In this document: positions 50,499 to 64,000 of the stretch, piece by piece
Layout of the letters: each line of letters opens with the position of its first letter
How positions within the stretch are numbered: the first letter of the stretch is position 1
Assembly (NCBI GenBank): GCA_964016885.1
Contig: OZ024745.1
Coordinates: 102,362,001 to 102,426,000, forward strand
From: Eledone cirrhosa
Taxonomy: Eukaryota
DNA: 64,000 bases
Reading direction: 5' to 3'
Program-made: the position numbers and the translations under genes
Notes under the pieces: generated by a model
What the model was told of the DNA's origin: nothing
The model's database searches: none
Seen by the model: the letters and a program-made list of their open reading frames with translations, nothing else

Positions 50499-53464
50499 CC
50501 GTTTTCTTTATATTTATATATATCATCATCATTAACATCATAAACACTATTTAACGTCCATTTTCCATGCAAGCATGGGTTAGACAAGTTGTTCCATTGT
50601 GAGACAAGTCATATCAGGTGACCATGTCTTTCTCATACAGAACTGTTTCTGACATCGTTCTATGCATCGTTCCTTAACTCCAATCACATTTACAGCAATC
50701 CCAAAATATATTAGTAGATGGGTTCCAACTACAAACATATTTTTGCATGATTTTCTTAATGCAATGGCTTTTTAAAGGACAACTAATAGGAATTCTATAG
50801 TTACATTCAGAATCAGATTTAGTACTTTTGACAGAGGGGAGATTAGATGTGTTGTGGTATGTAGTTAGAGTCCAAATTTCTATTTCGTAGTTTATTACTA
50901 CTATTCATATTATTGATAGAATTTTTCAAGGTGGTATATGATATTTTCTAATCCTTTCTGTCTCTCCCTGTTTAAAAATTTTGGAAATATTAATATCATT
51001 CTGTATGACGCCAGTGCAAAAACATCGAAGCTGGAATAAAATAAAAAGGACAACAGCAAGGCTGCTTACGAAACCCTCAAGCTGCTAATAAAAAAGAAAG
51101 CAACACACCACCTCTGCATTGAGGACAAAACTGGCTTTTTCCATATTTCATACTAAAGATGGCATCTGTGCAGTTCATCCTGGAGAAGAATCAACACACT
51201 GATGACTAACTTAACTTTGTTCAGCAGCTTTACTAATGAACTGACTTATACCTTCAGCTACTGAGTTCATTGATACTCCGTTGGAATAACATTTGCTACT
51301 TCTTATGACTGTATATTCTTCAAGGCTAGTAGTACCTCACACCAGCGCCAAAGGGGTTTGACACCAAATTGATAGTATCATCTATGTAAGTTGAAAACAA
51401 CTTTGTTAAACACTACTAATTACATTGATGATGACAATGATGACAATGATGATGGTGATGATAATGATGATTAAAATGGTGATAAGCTTTTGATTATAGT
51501 GACAATTAAGGTGATGGTAACAGCGATGAAAATGATGAGAATTTTAATATAATGTCATTTTTATTTTCCAATTTGGCAATTGGCAAAAGAATTGCTTGAA
51601 GATTGGTTTATTGTATTATCGTGCCTCGTTATCAAATGACCTATTGTATATTAGCATATATTGTATATTAGACAGTCCAACCCATGCCAACAAGGTAAAC
51701 AGATTTAAATAATAAATAACAGCAAAGACTTGCTTCCTGAACAGATAAAGTGAATATCATATTTTTGTTTTGTTTTGTTTCTTTTACCAACACATTGGTT
51801 CAAACATCATTCATTATAAATACAATAATTTAAAGTTAATAGATATATTTAAAACTTTATATTTCAAGTAATTGAAATTCTAAATTCTATATTATTTTAT
51901 GTTCTTTACCATCCATTACATTTTCTTCAAATTTTATTTCAATCAGCTTTAATGTTTGTTTACATTAAAACAACAACAATAATAACAATAATAACAAAAC
52001 AAAATCATTAATGGTTCCAGCAACAAGCCATAAGCTATTGGAGCTGTAATTTGAAGCAATTAACCATGACTAGCAGCTTGCTACAAGGTGTAAAAGAGAG
52101 CAATTACCAATATATTCATATTGTAAATATTGCAAAAAAATGAATAAGAATTGAAAAACAAAATTTAAATGTATAAAGTTGCAGGGGCATAATTATAAAT
52201 AGTACCTTTCAATTATAAAGTAATTGAGTGATATGTTTAGTGAATTAGTATCAGTGAATTAGTAGTTGTATTTTTTTTATTTATTTATTTCCTTTTCCTG
52301 ATCAAAAATATTTTGTTTCTTATTTATAATGTCATATATTTTTGATGTTGAGTTGTGTGGAAGATAACATTCTGCTTCCTTCTTATCAACATCATCATTA
52401 TTGTTATCACCATTATCACCATTATTATTATCATCATCACTGTTTAACATCCATTTTTCAACACTAGCATGGGCTCGACGAGTTGTCCAGATGTGAGCCA
52501 AGTCAAGTCAGATGACCGTCCCCAGCTCCACTATCATTATCAACCATATCATCATTATCATCACCATCACCAATGTTTAACATCCGTTTTTCCTTGCTAG
52601 CATGGGCTAGACAAGTTATCCAGGTGTGTGCCAAACCAGGTCAGGTCAGATGATTGTCTAGCTCCACTATCATTATCCCCCCCCTTATCATCATTCCCAT
52701 CATCATTGTTGTCATTATCACCATCATCATCATCACTATCATCACCAACACCATCATAATCATCATCATCATCATCATCACTACAACCACTACTATCATC
52801 ATCCTTCCACCATCGTCAATAACAACAATAATGACAGCAAAAAAAACACAAAAAAAAACATGAATAAATCAACAACAATATCAATAATAAAAAACATAAC
52901 ATCCTATGTAACAGCAATTATTCCCTAAATATATTCCAACCGGCCTTTCTGTGTTGAATTATAATATTATTGTTTTCATAAATCAATTTAATGTAGAATG
53001 TAATTATTTATCGAAAACAATTTATAGTTTCGATCTGTAATAAAAATAATTATTTCTGTTAATGCGAATGAAATAGATATAAAGTAGTGATAATATTGAA
53101 GTAAATTATATTAATTAGTAATTAAATATATTTAGACCTTGTACATGTCACTGAAATTATTGAACTTTATATAACAAGGAAAAACATGTACATATATATT
53201 TTCTCCTTCCAACGAGATTGCTGTGTGTATCTGGTTTAAAACAGACTGTATTCCTGTGTGTCATAAAAGTGTTGACCCCAGGAAGAACATGATGAGTATG
53301 AAAGGGTTTTTATGGAGCCTGCAGTCAATGCTTGAGGTAGCAGGGGAAAAAAAAAAAAAAAAAAAAAAAAAATCACCTCTAAACGTATTTTGTGTTGTGT
53401 TGTATTATCTAAGGAAAACCCTCTTGAAAGATTAGTACTCAGCCCTCTTCTCCCAGCATTTCCT

Positions 53465-53677
53465 TTAACCCTTTAGCATTTAAACCAGCCATATCTAGCC
53501 AGAATTCTCTCACCTCTTTCTGTTCAAACTAGCCATGACCAGCCACTCATACCGATTTTAAGGTGTTTTCAAAATAAATAATATCAAAATCTCATAGATT
53601 CGATATTATGGGAGATAAAGCCTTTACCATGAAAATACAATAGTATATATAGAGTAATGTAAATGTTAAAGGGTTAA
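53465..53677 (-). mobile_element. piggyBac-type MITE M1
   Basis: TTAA|CCCTTTAGCATTTA...TAAATGTTAAAGGG|TTAA. Confidence 0.88.
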
Positions 53678-54712
53678 AATGAGAACGTTCACAAGGTTTC
53701 TTTTTCAATATTACTGATGTTTTCATTTTTCATGAGTATGCTTTTCCATGTATGAGAAAATGAAGGCAAGTGGTTTTGTAGTTAGGGTATTTGGCTCATG
53801 ATCATAAGTTTGATTCCCAGGGGCACATTCTGTCCTTGAGAAAGACACTTTATTTCGTGTTGCTCAAGTCCACTCAGCTAGCAAAAATGAGTTGTGTCAG
53901 TAATTTGAAGGCCAGCCTTGTCACATTCTGTGTCATGCTGGATCTCCCTGAGAACTACATTAAGGGTACACATGTTTGTGGAATGCTCAGCCACTTGTAC
54001 GTTAATTTCATGAGCAGGCTGTTCTGTTAATCATACCAACAAGAGTACTCGTTATCGGAATGGATAGAGGTCCATAAAAAGAAAAAATATATGAGATAAA
54101 CCATTGGTCTCAAAATTGGCACTAAAGTTACCAAAACTGGCCATTGTGTGAGACCTTACTTCGGCTGCTTAGTGCGCAACTTTATACACTCATACATACA
54201 AATGCACAAATATATATACACACACACACACACACACACGTATATAATATGTTTAAGTGCAGAATAGAACATTGTTCACACAACATGCTATTTCCAGTAC
54301 ATCTGAATCTTAAAGATTTGTGATTTCATTGATGAGATAGTCAGCTCTTTTGAGTACTTCCTTCTAAAGTACAAGTCGGGCAAGGTATTTTTGTAGAAGA
54401 CCAATGCACACTAGTCTCTCCTCCCCATGACAGTGATATCACAATACATTTCTACAACTGAAATGAAATGGAGCAATGCGATATAAAGTGTCTTGCTCAA
54501 GGACACTACATCACCTGTATTGTATATAATTGATTCTAAACTACTTCTGGTGATGGGAAAAGAAGTTTTACTCCTGCTAGTATATACTTATAACTCAAGG
54601 TTCTAGGATCATGCGTTATTGTTTGTTTTTTTTTCTTTCTAAATCTATTTCTCTTACAGCAATGAAGTTAATATTTTATTTTTGGTTGATTTATGAAACA
54701 GGTTGAAATAAT

Positions 54713-54815
54713 TGTTTCTACTTTAGGCACAAGGCCAGCAATTACCCAGTGCATTACTGGTACTTTATTTTATCGACCCCGTAAGGATGAAAGGCAAAGT
54801 CAACCTCGGCGGGAT
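54713..54815 (-). mobile_element. 5'-truncated family A SINE with TSD of about 19 bp
   Basis: TGAAACAGGTTGAAATAAT flanks both sides. Confidence 0.9.
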
Positions 54816-54887
54816 TGAAACAGGTTGAAATAATATTCACATTACTATTGTGATTTTACAGCAAAATAATTAACAATATATTTGATA

Positions 54888-55392
54888 GACGGTAGCCACG
54901 GAGTAGGCAGACCCAGAAAAACCTGGGACGAGCTGATAAATTCCGACCTCACACACTTACACCTCTCCAAGACAATGTCACTGGACCGAGACCTTTGGCG
55001 GTACTCAGTAATAGAGAAGACCCGCCTTACCTAAATACAAAGTAAAACCTATTACAGTCAGTAGGCATCTCTAACAAAATACACCACCACCACCCCATCC
55101 ACACCGCCCCTTTCAATGTAAAGTTATGTTGGTGCCACAAAATCCAGGCCGAAACAAATGAGATCGTGTAGGTGTCACAACAAAAAAACACACAGTCCAC
55201 GCTGTAATGTGACCGTGTAGGCAACACGGTAAAAACCTCCCAGTCCCACACTGTAAATGTGGTTGGTGTTAGGAAGGGCATCCAACTGTAGAAAACCCGC
55301 AAGACAACCACTCTTGCCTCAAGTGGGAAAACTCCCGTCCAAACCCATGCAAGCGTGGAACATGGACGTTAAACGATGATGATGATGATGAT
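54888..55392 (+). mobile_element. RTE 3' end, family R-C (second copy at about 57750-58285, minus strand)
   Basis: Encodes DGSHGVGRPRKTWDELINSDL...DRDLWR, then a 3' UTR and (GAT)n tail. Confidence 0.85.
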
Positions 55393-55645
55393 TTGAATAA
55401 CAAAATAAAAAAATCATAACTCAAAATAACTAAAGACAACAGTTGCTATGATTCAGAACATTTTATCTTTTGATCATTTTTATCAATATAATACCTATTA
55501 AGAGTACTTACTTGATAAATTCAATGCAAACACAGATTAATATGTACTGCTGACAAAACGTATCCTTGTCTACTCTACAGTTGATATTAAAAAAACATGC
55601 TTAATGGCATTGCTGCTCTTAAATCTTTCATGACAATTTTGTGAA

Positions 55646-55868
55646 TTAACCCTTTGGCATTTAAACCAGCCATACCCAGCCAAAATTCTCTCACTTCTTT
55701 CTGTTCATACTGGCCACTTATACTAACGTTAAGATATTGTTCTCAAAATGAATATTATAATATCAAAATCTCATAGATTCGATATTATGCGAAATAATTA
55801 TGTGAAGTAAACCCTTTACTGCGAAAAACAATAGTAAATATAGAGTAATGTAAATGCTAAAGGGTTAA
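55646..55868 (-). mobile_element. piggyBac-type MITE M1
   Basis: TTAA flanks with CCCTTT/AAAGGG termini. Confidence 0.88.
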
Positions 55869-56094
55869 ACACTTACAAATTACAGAGAATGGGATTCTAA
55901 GAAAATATATTTTATCTTCATTTATATTATTATTATTGCTATTGAGGAAATTTTCCTTGTTCATTTTTTTATTGTTTATTATCTTGTATTCTTATTTCAA
56001 TTGATTTTACATTCCTTCTACCCAATGTAAACCCCACATAATTTTTTCTTTATTGTCCCTGACATCTTGCACCCTTGTAGCCAATAAAAAAAAT

Positions 56095-56690
56095 TTGGCA
56101 GTATCGGTAGAGGGTCGGACGCCATGCTTTCCAGCATCGTTACGTCCCTTTACGATCTGAGTTCAAATCCCGCCGAGGTTGACTTTGCCTTTCATCCTTA
56201 CGGGGGGGTCGATAAAATAAAGTACCAGTAATGCACTGGGTAATTGCTGGCCTTGTGCCTAAAGTAGAAACAATTATTATTATAGATCCAGGGGTAGATT
56301 GGCAGTATCAGAAGAGCATCAGACACCATGCTTTGTAGCATAGAGTTATGGTCCTTTGGGTCAATAAAATATAGTGCCAGTCACGCACTAGTGTTGATTT
56401 AGTCGACTTTCCCCTTCTCCCTAAAATTGCTGGCCTTGTGCCTATATCAGAAACCATTATTATTATTATTATTATTATGTGTGGTGGATTGGCAGAGGGT
56501 TGGACACCATGCTTTGATGCATAGAGTTATGGCCCTTGCCATTCTGAGTTCAAATCCTGCCGAGGTTAACTTTGCCTTTCGTCCTTACGGGGGGGGGGGG
56601 GGGTCGATAAAATAAAGTACCAGTAATGCACAGGGAAATTGCTGGCCTTGTGCCAAAAGTAGAAACAATTATTATTATCATTATTATTAC
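56095..56690 (+). mobile_element. Three tandem family A SINEs
   Basis: Heads near 56095, 56291 and 56482, with (ATT)n tails. Confidence 0.9.
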
Positions 56691-56739
56691 TATTTACGCA
56701 GAGACGATCTTATTAACACCGAGTCATGTAATTGACTCC

Positions 56740-56985
56740 CTATTAATGTAACCTCAGACAGACAATACTTTCTGCAGGATATTTACTGTTCCTAAAATTG
56801 TTGTTTCTGCAATGTCAAAGCTGGGACCAGTTCCAATTCGATGAAGGTTTTTCTGGAGATTTTCTGTCACCAAGCCAAGTCTCAAATCACAATTGGTTCC
56901 ACTCTTACTTTCATATTCCACATTCTCTCGACATCTATTCTCAAGTCTGCATATTTTATGATTTTCTTATGTTCATTATTCAGGC
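56740..56985 (-). pseudogene. R4/Dong-type LINE C-terminal (RLE) remnant
   Basis: Minus strand encodes KIIKYADLRIDVERMWNMKVRVEPIVI, matching K.KY.DL..E..RMW...V.PIVIG. Confidence 0.7.
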
Positions 56986-57019
56986 ATGTGCTGAAGTAGA
57001 TTTAACCCTTTTGTCATCA

Positions 57020-57150
57020 TCTAAACTATAATAAAGGAAGGTCTGCAGGATTGCGTACGGTTTATTTTGTTTTTATCCCGTTTGTAAAATAAGTTGGATT
57101 ACTTTGAATAAATAATGAATGAATATTACATAATTTATCTACTAAATTTT
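57020..57150 (+). mobile_element. 5' fragment of the Helitron family at 44780-45325
   Basis: A|TCTAAACTATAATAAAG and the following sequence match the reverse complement of about 45195-45325. Confidence 0.75.
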
Positions 57151-57749
57151 GTGGCTGTTGATTAAATATATTTTGTTTATTTAAAGATTCACTTCTTTGT
57201 CGATAAAATAAAGTACCAGTAATGCACTGGGATAATTGATGGCCTTGTGCCAAAAGTAGAAACAATTATTATTATTAATATTATTATTATTATTATTAAT
57301 AGTAATTGATGGCCTTGTGCCAAAAGTAGAAACAATTATTATTATTATTTATATTATTATTATTATTATTATTAATAGTAGCAGCAGCAAGAGTTATTTG
57401 GTTCAATAGCTAGCTATAGTATTATATAGCTCGTACAATGAGTAACCACATTTTTCATTTCCCATTAGCCAATACACCCAAAAGTGAAACGTTTGTTTCA
57501 GTCATATAATTTTTCAGTATTCAGCCAAATACCCCAACAAAACCTTTTCATCTTTCATGTAAACTGAATTTGTTAATGTAATTGCAACTACCATTTTATA
57601 TTCTTGGAAATTGTCCATGTAGGTCTCAATATTTCTTATGAATTGATGCATTAAAAGCGATGTAAATATAATTGTATTATACAGTTCTTTGTAAAACTAA
57701 GCAACACTTATTAACCTATAGTGCTGTTGCAATGGCTTAGTAAGACATA

Positions 57750-58285
57750 TCATCATCTTCGTTTAACGTCCGTTTTCCACGCTAGCATGGGTTAGATGGG
57801 AGTTGTCCCACTTGAGGCAAGGCTGGTCGGGTATCCGTGTCTCGCTCATATAGGACTATCTGGCAGGTTTTCTACGGCTGGATGTTCTTCCTAACACCAA
57901 CCACATTTACAGTATGGAACTGGAAACTTTTTACCGTGTTACCTACACGGCCACATTACAGCATGGAATGTGTTTTTTTGTCGTGACACCTACACGAACT
58001 CGATCTCATTTTCTCGTGCTGTTGGTGGGAGTAGGAGGATAGGGTAGGGGTAGTAGATTGGGGTGTATATTTGGTTAAGAGGTGCCTACTGACTGTAGGT
58101 TTCGCTTTGTACATAGGCAAGGCGGGTCTTCTGTATTACTGCGTAGCACCAAAGATCTCGGTCCAGAGACATTGTCTTAGAGAGACGTAAGTGTGTGAGG
58201 TCGGAATTTATCAGATCATCCCAGGTTTTTCTGGGTCTAGCTACTCTGTAACTACCATCAATCTTGATCGCCCTGCACTTTTATA
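57750..58285 (-). mobile_element. RTE 3' end, family R-C
   Basis: Reverse-complement similarity to 54888-55392. Confidence 0.85.
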
Positions 58286-59049
58286 CATGCAAAGGTGTGC
58301 GTGTACAAACACATATATTTAAAGCCCTCATCGGTCATGAATGACCAAGGTTTTGCACAGACAGTTACCCACCAATGCAAAAACCTGGTCAAAGTGTGTT
58401 TGTGGAAGACCACCAGTCATGCCCATGCATACCAGTGTCCTTTCTTCACATCATCGATGTTGTCCAAGGGAAAGGTAATGGCTGATACAGCTTGGCACCA
58501 GTGACATCGCAACTCATTTCTACAGCTGAGTGAACTGGAGCAACATGAAATAAAGGGTCTTGTTCAAGAACACAGCGCACCACCTGCTTCAGGATTTGAA
58601 CTTGCAACCTTATAATTGTGAGGTCAATGGTTTAACCACTAAGCCACATGCCTTCACTATACAAACACACACATATGCTCACGTATTCATACACACACAG
58701 AACAAAGAGACCTATACATTCCATATTTAACAGCTTTTTTCACTGGATGCCATTCCTAACACTTTACAGGGTATACTGGGTATTTTTTATCATGGTGCCA
58801 TTAGAATCCCTTTACAGAGTGTACAGGGTGTATTTTAGTGTAACAGGAGCACTACCAGTTTACAGTGAACTGTGTGTATGTGTATTTTATGGTACCACCA
58901 GCATTAGCAAGGTTGTCATATGCATGGACAGACTGAGGAGTTCTCCCTACTCAGTATTGTCTCTCTCCGATCGCTAACCACATTACAGAATGTTCTGGGT
59001 GCATTCTGAAACTTTTTTGTCTACAATCTCTCTTCATATTCCTTTTTAG

Positions 59050-59590
59050 TGTTGCAGCTCTAGTACTGGTGGGCAAATCTTTTGTAGTATAGCAAATCCC
59101 CACACAGTCAATACATCACTGTACTCTAGCCCTATTTACAGTAGTGTTTTGTGACCTTCCATCTACTGGAACCTTGCTCCATCCACAGACTTCATTTTAC
59201 TCAGGAGGTTGCTTCATAAGAGTTTCCAGTTGTCCTCTATGTTATATGCATCTAATTCATCATCCTCATTGTCACTCAATTCCTCCAGTATGTATCTTTG
59301 GCTTTTTCATAGCTCTTTAAGTCTCCATATCTTTTTTCTCCAAACTGTCTTGGACTTCTGTGTGTCTTTAATCCCTAACCTATGCTGAGTGGTGCATTCT
59401 TCATCTGTGAAAGTTTTAGCATTTATGAATATCTTGCTATTTTATTTTCTAGTAAGAATAAGGTTAGTCTGGTTTGTGTGTTCACTTGATTGGTAGGTAA
59501 CCAAACCAAATGGCTAGCCAGTTTCATGAAGTTCATTTCAGATTGTCAAGTCATTTGCATCACAGAACTCCAGAAGTCTTGATCCATCTC
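59050..59590 (-). pseudogene. Degenerate RTE endonuclease/linker remnant
   Basis: Minus-strand fragments resemble DG.RLLEFC.ANDL and TYQS..HTNQ..LIL. Confidence 0.55.
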
Positions 59591-59644
59591 TTCATTTCTC
59601 TCTCCCTTGCACGCACGCACGCACGCACGCACACGCACGCACAC

Positions 59645-59687
<43 letters not shown>

Positions 59688-60099
59688 TATGTGAAAATGT
59701 AAATCAGAGCAATTCATACCATCTGTTTAATTTATTGCAATTCAGTTCTGATAAACAATGCATGTATCTATGAGAATTGTTAATATATGGTAAATAGTTT
59801 CAACATTCATTTAATTATTCCTTAAATTATCTGCATGTCTTTCTTCAAAATCAAAAGATATTGAAATAATAATTGTTTCTATTGAAATAATAATTGTTTC
59901 TATTTTTGGCACATCTGAATGAATATATATGCTGAGTCCAGCAACTCTTAAATCTGTTCTCAGTAAGGCTAATATAACTTCTTTCACCACTGTCTATAGA
60001 GTTCACCTTTGCACTGTGCATAAGTACTTTTGTGAAACACTCATCCTTAAGAAGATAGGATGTGATTCTGGTTACATCAGTTGCTAGATTTATCTTACA

Positions 60100-60810
60100 A
60101 CTCTATTTTGATGTAATTTTTATTGGAAAGTTTGTGTTAAGAATGATTGTTTGAGAAATGTTTGTACATAAGATCTAGAGAGTTGATTTTTTTCTGTTGT
60201 GCCAGAGATATTTTCATGCCTGAAAGTATCTTACATCTTTATAAATCTACCATTCATCATTGTATTGAGTATTGTCGCCACATCTGATTTGCTGCTCTTG
60301 CTGTACACTTTGAGAGTCTAGATAAAATTCACAGAAGAATTGTCAACATTATCGGTCCTGACTTCAATTAAGGATTGAGGAGTTGTCTCTTCTCTGAAGA
60401 CCTGCTGTCCAGCTTTCCTATCAGCTTATCACACCAATGAAATGTTGCCGCTGTGCCTTTTCTATAAATATTTTCATAGAAATTATTCTGATGAGCTTTC
60501 CTCTTTGTTAAATGGAGTACCAGATTGGTGGCTAGGTCTCATCCATTTGCAGTTGAGATTCCAAAATGTAATCACAATTTATATTTTGATAGCTTCTTCC
60601 CTCATACATCTTGCCTATGGAATTCTTTTCTGTATTCTTCCTTTCCTGACTATTACAATTTACAAAATTTCAAAAGCAACATCAATCATCATCTCTCTCT
60701 CTTTTTTTAAATTAAGTTCTCTCTGTCTTGTCCTTGTCCTCCCTTCTCAATAACCCCTTGCATCTTAGAGGCTTTATTGCCTTGCTTGGACGAAGTTAAT
60801 TAAAAAAATA
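60100..60810 (+). pseudogene. CR1/L2-group LINE 3' remnant
   Basis: SHPFAVEIPKC...SFFPHTSCLWNS...FPDYYNLQNFKSNIN is a typical C-terminus; a short 3' UTR follows. Confidence 0.75.
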
Positions 60811-61244
60811 TGTGTAGCTGTGTCAATGTGTATGTGTGTGTATATATGCAACATACTTGAATCTAGGTGTATACAATCATGATTTATTTTAAGATTTCTA
60901 TACATCATCATAATCATGTTTTACCTCCATTTTACTATGCTGGAAAGGGTTGGACAAAAGTTTTAGGGAGAATTCTATGACTGAAGGCCCTTCCTGATGC
61001 CAGCCCATACTTGCTTTTTTAAGCAAGGTACACATTTTAACACATCCAACAACTGAGCAGCCAGGCCCCTGTTTATGCAAAAATGTAAACAAATATCAAT
61101 ACCTATGTAAGGAAAAAAAACACAAACAAACACACATACATGCACACATATGTATATACACATGCACACATACACACATACATATAATGTATGCGATTCA
61201 CTGGTGGTGGTACCAATATGAACAGTCAATGCACAGGCAGAGTG

Positions 61245-61738
61245 TATATATTAATAAAAACGACGTTTTGTTTACAATAAAAATCTAAATAATTGTTTCT
61301 ACTTTTGGCACAAGGCCAGCAATTATCCCAGTGCATTACTGGTACTTTATTTTATTCATCCTTATGGGGTCGATAAAATAAAGTGCCAGTAATACACTGG
61401 GATAATTGCTGGCCTTGTGCCAAAAGTAGAAACAATTATTTAAATGTTTATTGTGTATCAACCTGTTACATGAATTTCACAAAGGATGGCTCAGGGTCAC
61501 CCATAGAAGTTATGGACCTGACTCCATTATTGATCTGCTCTTCAGACTGGAAAGCCAACAAAAACACTATATTTTTGGTTGGATCACCAGTCTTAAGTGC
61601 AGATCGATCAGGGACTCTGGTCCATAACTTCTCTGAGTGACCAATCCTCTGTAAAATGCATGTAACAGGTCAATACACAATAGAAGCTAAATACATATAA
61701 ACGATAAACAAAACTTCATGGTTTTTATTAATATATAT
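61245..61738. repeat. Large imperfect palindrome (core hairpin 61450-61682) whose left arm contains an inverted SINE-tail dimer (61288-61441)
   Basis: GGTCACCCATAGAAGTTATGGACC...AGACTGG pairs with CCAGTCT...GGTCCATAACTTCTCTGAGTGACC; the outer arms ATATATTAATAAAAAC and GTTTTTATTAATATAT also pair. Confidence 0.8.
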
Positions 61739-62535
61739 TTATAAACAGTTTCCATCTGCCATATTCATTCACAAGGCTCAAAGTTATGGTAGAAAACACT
61801 TACTCAAGGGCTAAAATTTACAACCATGATGTTGTGAATTGAACTTCTTAACACCACAGCCATACCTGCACCTCCATACCATATTTGTAGGTTTATAGAA
61901 GATTATAGAAACACACCTACAGTTTTTTGATGTGGATGAAATTAATGGCAGCATTTAAATTAATCATGACTATTAAATTTAAACCAAGTAGATTAAGTTT
62001 TTCAAAAAAGCATGAAAAGATTTATAAAAGCATTTATCTAAAAACATGTTTTATCTAGGGAAGTTTGGGTAAATTTACTTGAATGATCTTTGAGAAGTGT
62101 AGTTTAGGTTCTAACCACAGTCAACATTAAAAACTAAATTGTAAAAATAAAGCTTTGGTAATAAAAATTCTACTGAATGACCTAACTTATTTGCAATAAT
62201 AGTCTTTTGATAGAATTAACTGAAGCACTTCAATGAAACAAAATCTAGGTGTACTTAGATATATGAGGAAGATTACATCCCTGTGGCAATGTTGGCTTGA
62301 TATTAAATGTATTTGTTTCTGATGTGATACAGCATTGATAAATATGTGTGAATCAGATAATCATTTTAGCATATCGATTTTTAATAATGGCACACAGCAA
62401 GAAAGTTGAAAATGGGATACAGTTGATTAATTCAAATCCAGCATGTTACAGGGCTTTAATCAACCAATGAAGGATAATAATCAAAGTTGATTTTAGCAGG
62501 AATTGAACTCAGAACAAAAAGAGAGATCATTTTAA

Positions 62536-63077
62536 GGGCGGCGGATTAGCAGAATTGGTAGAGCATCAGACAACATGCTTAACGACATAGACTGTGGCCC
62601 TTTACGTTCGGAGTTCAAATCCTGCCGAAGTTAGCTTTGCCTTTCATCCTTACGGGTTTGATAAAATAAAGTACCAGTAATGCATTGGGGTCAATTTAAT
62701 TGACTTTTTCTTTTCCCCAAAATTGCTGGCCTTGTGCCTATAGTAGAAATTATATACCAATGCTTTACCATTTCTGTCATACCATGTTTTATCACGTATC
62801 CAAATCATTTAGACTAATATTTAGAAAATAAAACGCAAAAGTTTTAACATTTTCATTCTCAAAGAAATAATGATTTCTACATTTAGTAGAAGGCCAGCAA
62901 TTTGAAGGGAAGGGGTATGTCAATTAAATCGACCCTAGTGCATGACTGGTACTTTATTTATCAACCCTGTAAGAATGAAAGACAAAACTAACTTTGGCAG
63001 GATTTAAACTTAGATTGTAATGGGCCATAACTATGCTGCAAAACTTGGTGTTCGATGCTCTACAGATACTGCCAATA
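62536..63077. mobile_element. Two oppositely oriented family A SINEs (62536-62752 + and 62870-63077 -)
   Basis: Match to the family A consensus. Confidence 0.85.
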
Positions 63078-64000
63078 TAAGTTACAGTTATTAAACTGGA
63101 GATGTATGATTTCATTATATTTTCCCCCAGAGCTATTTCACAATTTGTTGAAGACAAGGCAGGAAAATACTATGATGAATAATTTATGGAAGCCCATTAA
63201 TGGCATTATGATTCAAAATTTGAATCTTGCCAGAGCTGACTTACCATATATGTGAGAAATTGGACGTAAGAATCAATAAACTAATTAGAAATAGAGTTAA
63301 TAGTCAAATATGATCACAAACAGAAGTGACACCTAAAGACATGTGGAAGAAAACAAATTGAAGCAGATATAATACAAGTTAAAACTTTTACTGATGTGAC
63401 ATGAATCTATATATTGATAGTGAATGAAATAACTTATGCTCTCCATAATATAGAGCAATATTAAAATGTCATCTAATATACAAGTGATCACCTAGTTTCA
63501 TCTAACAGTACCAAAAAGTACATTAAAAAAAATAATAATCTCAACACTATAAATTCTTTATTCATGAACAGAACAAAACTAAAATGTTCATAAATGTTGC
63601 AAACACCATGGTGACAGCACATCAGAAATAAATCATTACATTCAATTTCTTACAAACACTAACTCTAAACAGTTACTTACAAAATACAAAGTACAATCTC
63701 TACTGACATTAGATTGTAGTTCCTAATTGTATCATAGTGAAAATAAGATGTACATAAAACTTAGATTAATTAGTAAACCTTAATACACCAAAAATATAAC
63801 TATAAGCTCCCAAATGTTCTATATCTTCTACAACTGATCCAATGAGGGTATCTCCATGCAGCCATTTGACATGCTAGAAATAGCTGTCAGATCTCCCTAA
63901 CATCACACTCCATGATCTTAAAAATGGCGAGGACACATTAGATAGTATAGTTGTAGATACTCATAAAGACCAGAATGATTATAACTAGAACATCCATGAT

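Noticed and set aside
53223-53435. 70-aa ORF or candidate exon before a poly-A tract
   Set aside because: No recognisable homology and a poor splice donor.

Overview
AT-rich eukaryotic DNA that is almost entirely repeat-derived; I find no convincing host protein-coding exon. The repeat spectrum strongly suggests an octopod cephalopod intronic or intergenic region (inferred from family recognition, not a search): tRNA-derived SINEs with (ATT)n or (GAT)n tails, RTE, R4/Dong, CRE and CR1-group LINE remnants, TTAA-flanked piggyBac-type MITEs, non-autonomous Helitrons and abundant (TA)n, (CA)n and (CAT)n tracts. Nearly all ORFs in the track are microsatellite or TE artefacts. The main hidden signal is a set of type I hammerhead ribozyme (HHR) motifs carried by Penelope-like element (PLE) remnants. 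Six have both core halves (1052-1163 +, 15251-15320 -, 44722-44761 +, 48083-48140 -, 48931-49066 -, 50303-50345 +), and there are several half-hammerheads. Two complete motifs have very long stem II domains (85-99 nt). Three palindromes (49577-49690, 50055-50498, 61245-61738) appear to fold back at or around HHR stem II, duplicating the GAAA/cleavage half. All pairings were worked out by eye and need computational confirmation.
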